64,000 nt of DNA, taken from positions 1,728,001-1,792,000 of the forward strand of contig CBDFIJ010000004.1 in assembly GCA_965248055.1 (NCBI GenBank). The letters are read 5' to 3'. The notes below the pieces were generated by a model. The model was not told the origin of the DNA, did not search any database, and saw nothing but the letters and a program-made list of their open reading frames with translations. Of this stretch, positions 61,034-64,000 are shown piece after piece. Both the position numbers and the translations under genes were made by a program. Positions within the stretch are counted from its first letter, which is position 1. Each line of letters opens with the position of its first letter. This DNA is from Candidatus Multivoradales bacterium. Its GTDB lineage: Bacteria; Acidobacteriota; Thermoanaerobaculia; Multivoradales; JAHEKO01.

Positions 61034-61543
61034 TTGATGGGAGCTGCATTTCCTCCAGTCAAAACGGTTGAGATCGCCGACAGTGGTGCGCTGCTGGCGG
61101 TCGCGGTGATCTTGGCTGGCCTGCTGGCGACATTTCTGCTTCTCTGGTTGCGAGAACGGAAGCTTCGCGCCTTGCGAGCAAGAACATCACTGCGCTCTCG
61201 ATACTTTTCGCAAACTCAAACCGAAGGCGCAGTCAAGGTTCTCGACCCGGTAACGGTCGAAATTGCCGAGGAATCCCGGCAAGTAGCCCATAGATTCGTC
61301 CGCGGTGGTGATCTCTCAGTTGAACTAGCCGTCAACCAACAAGATTCTGGCTCCACGGAGTATCAAGTTTGGGGGGTCTGGACCGAGCGCGACGGCGCAT
61401 GGACCGATCAACTTGGCCACTTGTCCAGTTCGACGGCTGGCAACCTTCTCCGCAAAGCAAATCACGGCGAAATCTCAGCCACCCTGGTGTCGGTCATACC
61501 CTCTGATCCACCGGTGATCAAGCTCGCACTGTGGTCTAAGTAA
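61034..61543 (+). CDS. Hypothetical single-TM protein
   Basis: N-terminal TM followed by a basic stretch; no clear family. Confidence 0.6.
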   Translation: MMGAAFPPVKTVEIADSGALLAVAVILAGLLATFLLLWLRERKLRALRARTSLRSRYFSQTQTEGAVKVLDPVTVEIAEESRQVAHRFVRGGDLSVELAVNQQDSGSTEYQVWGVWTERDGAWTDQLGHLSSSTAGNLLRKANHGEISATLVSVIPSDPPVIKLALWSK

Positions 61544-61686
61544 GGATCGCGATCACAGGCTACGGAGAAATGCGCCTCACGGCTATTGTCGTTGAGGTTT
61601 GCCACGCTAGAATCAGTGGGCCACTCGGTCTGTCTTTTGGACAATCTTGAGCGGACAAGACGCTACTACTGAAATAGAGGGCATCA

Positions 61687-62940
61687 ATGTCTACAGCAAA
61701 GTTACTCTTCAACGAACAAGAAGTTGACCTTCCGATCGAAGTCGGATCCGAAGGGGAAGTTGGTCTGAGCATCGGCCAGCTGCGCAAACAGACTGGCGTG
61801 ATTACGCTGGATTCCGGGTACGGGAATACCGGCTCGTGCAAGTCCGCGATCACCTTTATCGACGGCGAGAAAGGGATCCTGCGCTACCGCGGTTACCCAA
61901 TCGAAGATCTCGCCACCAAAGCGCGGTTCGTTGAGGTTTGTTACTTGTTGATCTACGGCGAATGGCCGTCAACTGAAGAACTTGGGCAGTTCAAGCGGAG
62001 CTTGACCCAACACACGTTATTGCACGAAGACATGAAGAAATTCTTCGAAAGCTACTCTCCGAGTGCTCATCCGATGACCATTCTTTCGTCGATGATCGCC
62101 TCCTTGTCGGCCTACTACCCAGACGGCGATAGCGCGGTCGACGACAACATTGTCCGCTTGTTGGCGAAGGCCAAAACCATCGCCGCTTTCTCGTACAAGA
62201 AATCGATTGGCCAGCCGTTCATCTACCCGCGCAACGAACTGAGCTACACCCAGAATTTTCTGCACATGATGTTCGCGGTTCCGGCTGAATCGTATGAAGT
62301 TCCGGAAGTGATCGACGAGTCTCTCAACATGCTGCTGATCCTGCACGCCGACCACGAGCAAAACTGCTCAACCTCTACGGTGCGCATGGTCGGTTCTTCG
62401 GAAGCGAACCTGTTCGCCTCTATCTCGGCGGGGATCAGCGCTTTGTCGGGGCCACTCCACGGCGGCGCCAACCAAAAAGTTATCGAAATGCTAAAGATGA
62501 TCCGCAATGACGACAGCAACTACAAGAAATATGTCGACCTGGCGAAAGATCGAGACAGTGGCTTTCGGCTTATGGGGTTCGGGCACCGGGTGTACAAAAA
62601 CTTTGACCCGAGGGCGATTCTGCTACGCAAGGCTGCTGCCCGGGTCCTCGACGAACTGGGTGCTAACGACCCACTGCTCGATATCGCCCAAAATCTTGCC
62701 GAGGTTGCTCTCAAGGATGACTACTTCATCGAACGCAAGCTCTATCCCAATGTCGACTTTTACAGCGGCATCATTTACCGAGCAATGGGAATTCCAACCA
62801 ACATGTTCACGGTGATGTTCGCTCTGGGGCGGCTACCCGGTTGGATCGCCCATTGGCGCGAGATGCGCAGCGATCCCTCCACCCGAATCAACCGCCCGCG
62901 CCAGATCTATACCGGCTCCGGCGAACGTCACTTAGCCTAA
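61687..62940 (+). CDS. gltA: Citrate synthase (type II)
   Basis: ITFIDGEKGILRYRGYPIE, LHADHEQNCST, GPLHGGAN, LMGFGHRVYK, YPNVDFYSG. Confidence 0.98.
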   Translation: MSTAKLLFNEQEVDLPIEVGSEGEVGLSIGQLRKQTGVITLDSGYGNTGSCKSAITFIDGEKGILRYRGYPIEDLATKARFVEVCYLLIYGEWPSTEELGQFKRSLTQHTLLHEDMKKFFESYSPSAHPMTILSSMIASLSAYYPDGDSAVDDNIVRLLAKAKTIAAFSYKKSIGQPFIYPRNELSYTQNFLHMMFAVPAESYEVPEVIDESLNMLLILHADHEQNCSTSTVRMVGSSEANLFASISAGISALSGPLHGGANQKVIEMLKMIRNDDSNYKKYVDLAKDRDSGFRLMGFGHRVYKNFDPRAILLRKAAARVLDELGANDPLLDIAQNLAEVALKDDYFIERKLYPNVDFYSGIIYRAMGIPTNMFTVMFALGRLPGWIAHWREMRSDPSTRINRPRQIYTGSGERHLA

Positions 62941-62961
62941 TTGTCGTTGCTCACAAGCTGT

Positions 62962-63432
62962 TCACCCCCGGGAAACCCAGGAGTGAATCTTGGCCCGCAG
63001 ACGTTCGACCCGAGCAAGAACTCCCGGCCAGCGGCTGAGCGCCCGAAGAATAATTCGGTAGACCAACTCGCTGGCCAGAGAAAGAACCGCCGCTCCGGCA
63101 ACAATAGTCAAAATCCCCTGGATACCTGGGAGAACTAGGCCGGCGATTCCAATCAGTAGCAACAACCAGCCGACGATCAGCAAGAGCACCCTGGTGACCG
63201 TCGACAGCGGAGACAGCTTGCGATCCCCATCCGGCTTCACCGCCAGCTCCAAGGGAGAGTCCTCTGGATTCCCTCCAAAACTATTTTCCGGTACGGACGG
63301 ATCAGAGGTACCCAATTGGGTATCAGGGGACTCTTCGGTGCCATGGGCTGAAGAGGGCTGGGTTGCTGGCGGCCGGGTTGTTGGGGGTTGGCTCATTTGC
63401 AGTTTGCATCCTACGCACGAAATTCCATTCAT
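62962..63432 (-). CDS. Small membrane protein (PGPGW-domain-like)
   Basis: GWLLLLIGIAGLVLPGIQGILTIVAGAAVLS hairpin; low-complexity N-terminus. Confidence 0.65.
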   Translation of the reverse strand: MNGISCVGCKLQMSQPPTTRPPATQPSSAHGTEESPDTQLGTSDPSVPENSFGGNPEDSPLELAVKPDGDRKLSPLSTVTRVLLLIVGWLLLLIGIAGLVLPGIQGILTIVAGAAVLSLASELVYRIILRALSRWPGVLARVERLRAKIHSWVSRG

Positions 63433-63533
63433 CCAAGCGAAACCAACCTAATCGACGTCAGCTATTTTCCTCGCTTGGTTCCATCAACTTGTCTGTTGAC
63501 ATCCTTTTTAGAAGTCGAAAGAATGTGTCAGGA

Positions 63534-63558
63534 CTTATTGAGATTGTTTCTCAATAAG
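63534..63558 (+). promoter_or_regulatory. Palindromic operator (Fur-box-like) upstream of the Fur-family gene
   Basis: Perfect 10-5-10 inverted repeat CTTATTGAGA-TTGTT-TCTCAATAAG; TTGACA at 63496-63501 upstream. Confidence 0.65.
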
Positions 63559-63571
63559 CAAATAACGGCAA

Positions 63572-64000
63572 ATGCACACTACCCGCGAACGACAACAGTT
63601 CATCCGAGGACTGCAGCAAAGGGGACACCGGGTCACTCCAGAGCGACTGGCTGTCTTCGACGCTGTCTTCGCTTTGCACGGCCATCTGGAGGTAGACCAG
63701 ATCTATCAAAGGATGCAGCTGCACAACCATGGTGTCTCGCGCGCAACCTTGTATCGCAATCTTGAGGTACTGGAGCGTCTGGGTTTGGTGCGCAAGATTC
63801 AAGCTGGCAACCGTCGGGTGCTCTACGAGCATCTACACGCTGGTCAAGATCATGGTCATTTGATCTGCCGCGAGTGTTCCCAAGTGATCGAATTCTTGAG
63901 TCCGGATGTCACACAAGCACTGGCTGCTCTTTGTCGCGAGCATGGCTTTGAAGAAAATGAAAACCAAGTCACCGTCCAGGGGTTGTGCGGAATCTGCGCA
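63572..64000 (+). CDS. Fur-family transcriptional regulator, partial (runs off the right edge)
   Basis: Not in the ORF track. From ATG 63572: MHTTRERQQF...GHRVTPERLAVF...VSRATLYRNLEVLERLGLV...YEH...HGHLICRECSQVIEF...VQGLCGIC. Confidence 0.9.
   Translation, partial: MHTTRERQQFIRGLQQRGHRVTPERLAVFDAVFALHGHLEVDQIYQRMQLHNHGVSRATLYRNLEVLERLGLVRKIQAGNRRVLYEHLHAGQDHGHLICRECSQVIEFLSPDVTQALAALCREHGFEENENQVTVQGLCGICA

Overview
A GC-rich bacterial chromosome segment. The complete Na+-NQR operon, TonB-dependent receptor and many exported proteins fit a marine or saline Gram-negative organism, possibly an Acidobacteriota member (inference only). The backbone is housekeeping and metabolic: nqrABCDEF-apbE plus nqrM, transketolase, an aldehyde dehydrogenase, gltX, an Fe3+/polyamine-type ABC transporter, acnA, queD/queE, citrate synthase and a Fur-family regulator. 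It also has tRNA-Ser(GCT) and tRNA-Gln(CTG). An accessory hotspot around tRNA-Gln (about 29.3-38.3 kb) holds an IS5 with a CTAG duplication, a RelE/ParE-type toxin-antitoxin pair, an internally deleted ISKra4-like element with a 9-bp TSD, an IS3-family element and several orphan genes. The most notable observations are: (1) a ~90-bp-period array of hairpin units built from inverted and direct copies of the tRNA 3' end behind tRNA-Ser, with one unit of the same design but tRNA-Gln-matched sequence behind tRNA-Gln; (2) a secreted prepro-like protein ending in a 15-Cys domain, followed in frame by a small transmembrane ORF; (3) a perfect Rex-type operator over the -35 of the nqr promoter; (4) an exported FMN-split-barrel/nucleoside-deaminase-like fusion; (5) several decayed or remodelled genes (an ECF sigma remnant, a Cys-less DsbD-like membrane domain, an M28 peptidase apparently lacking its PA domain). 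All family assignments come from motif recognition by eye, with no database searches.
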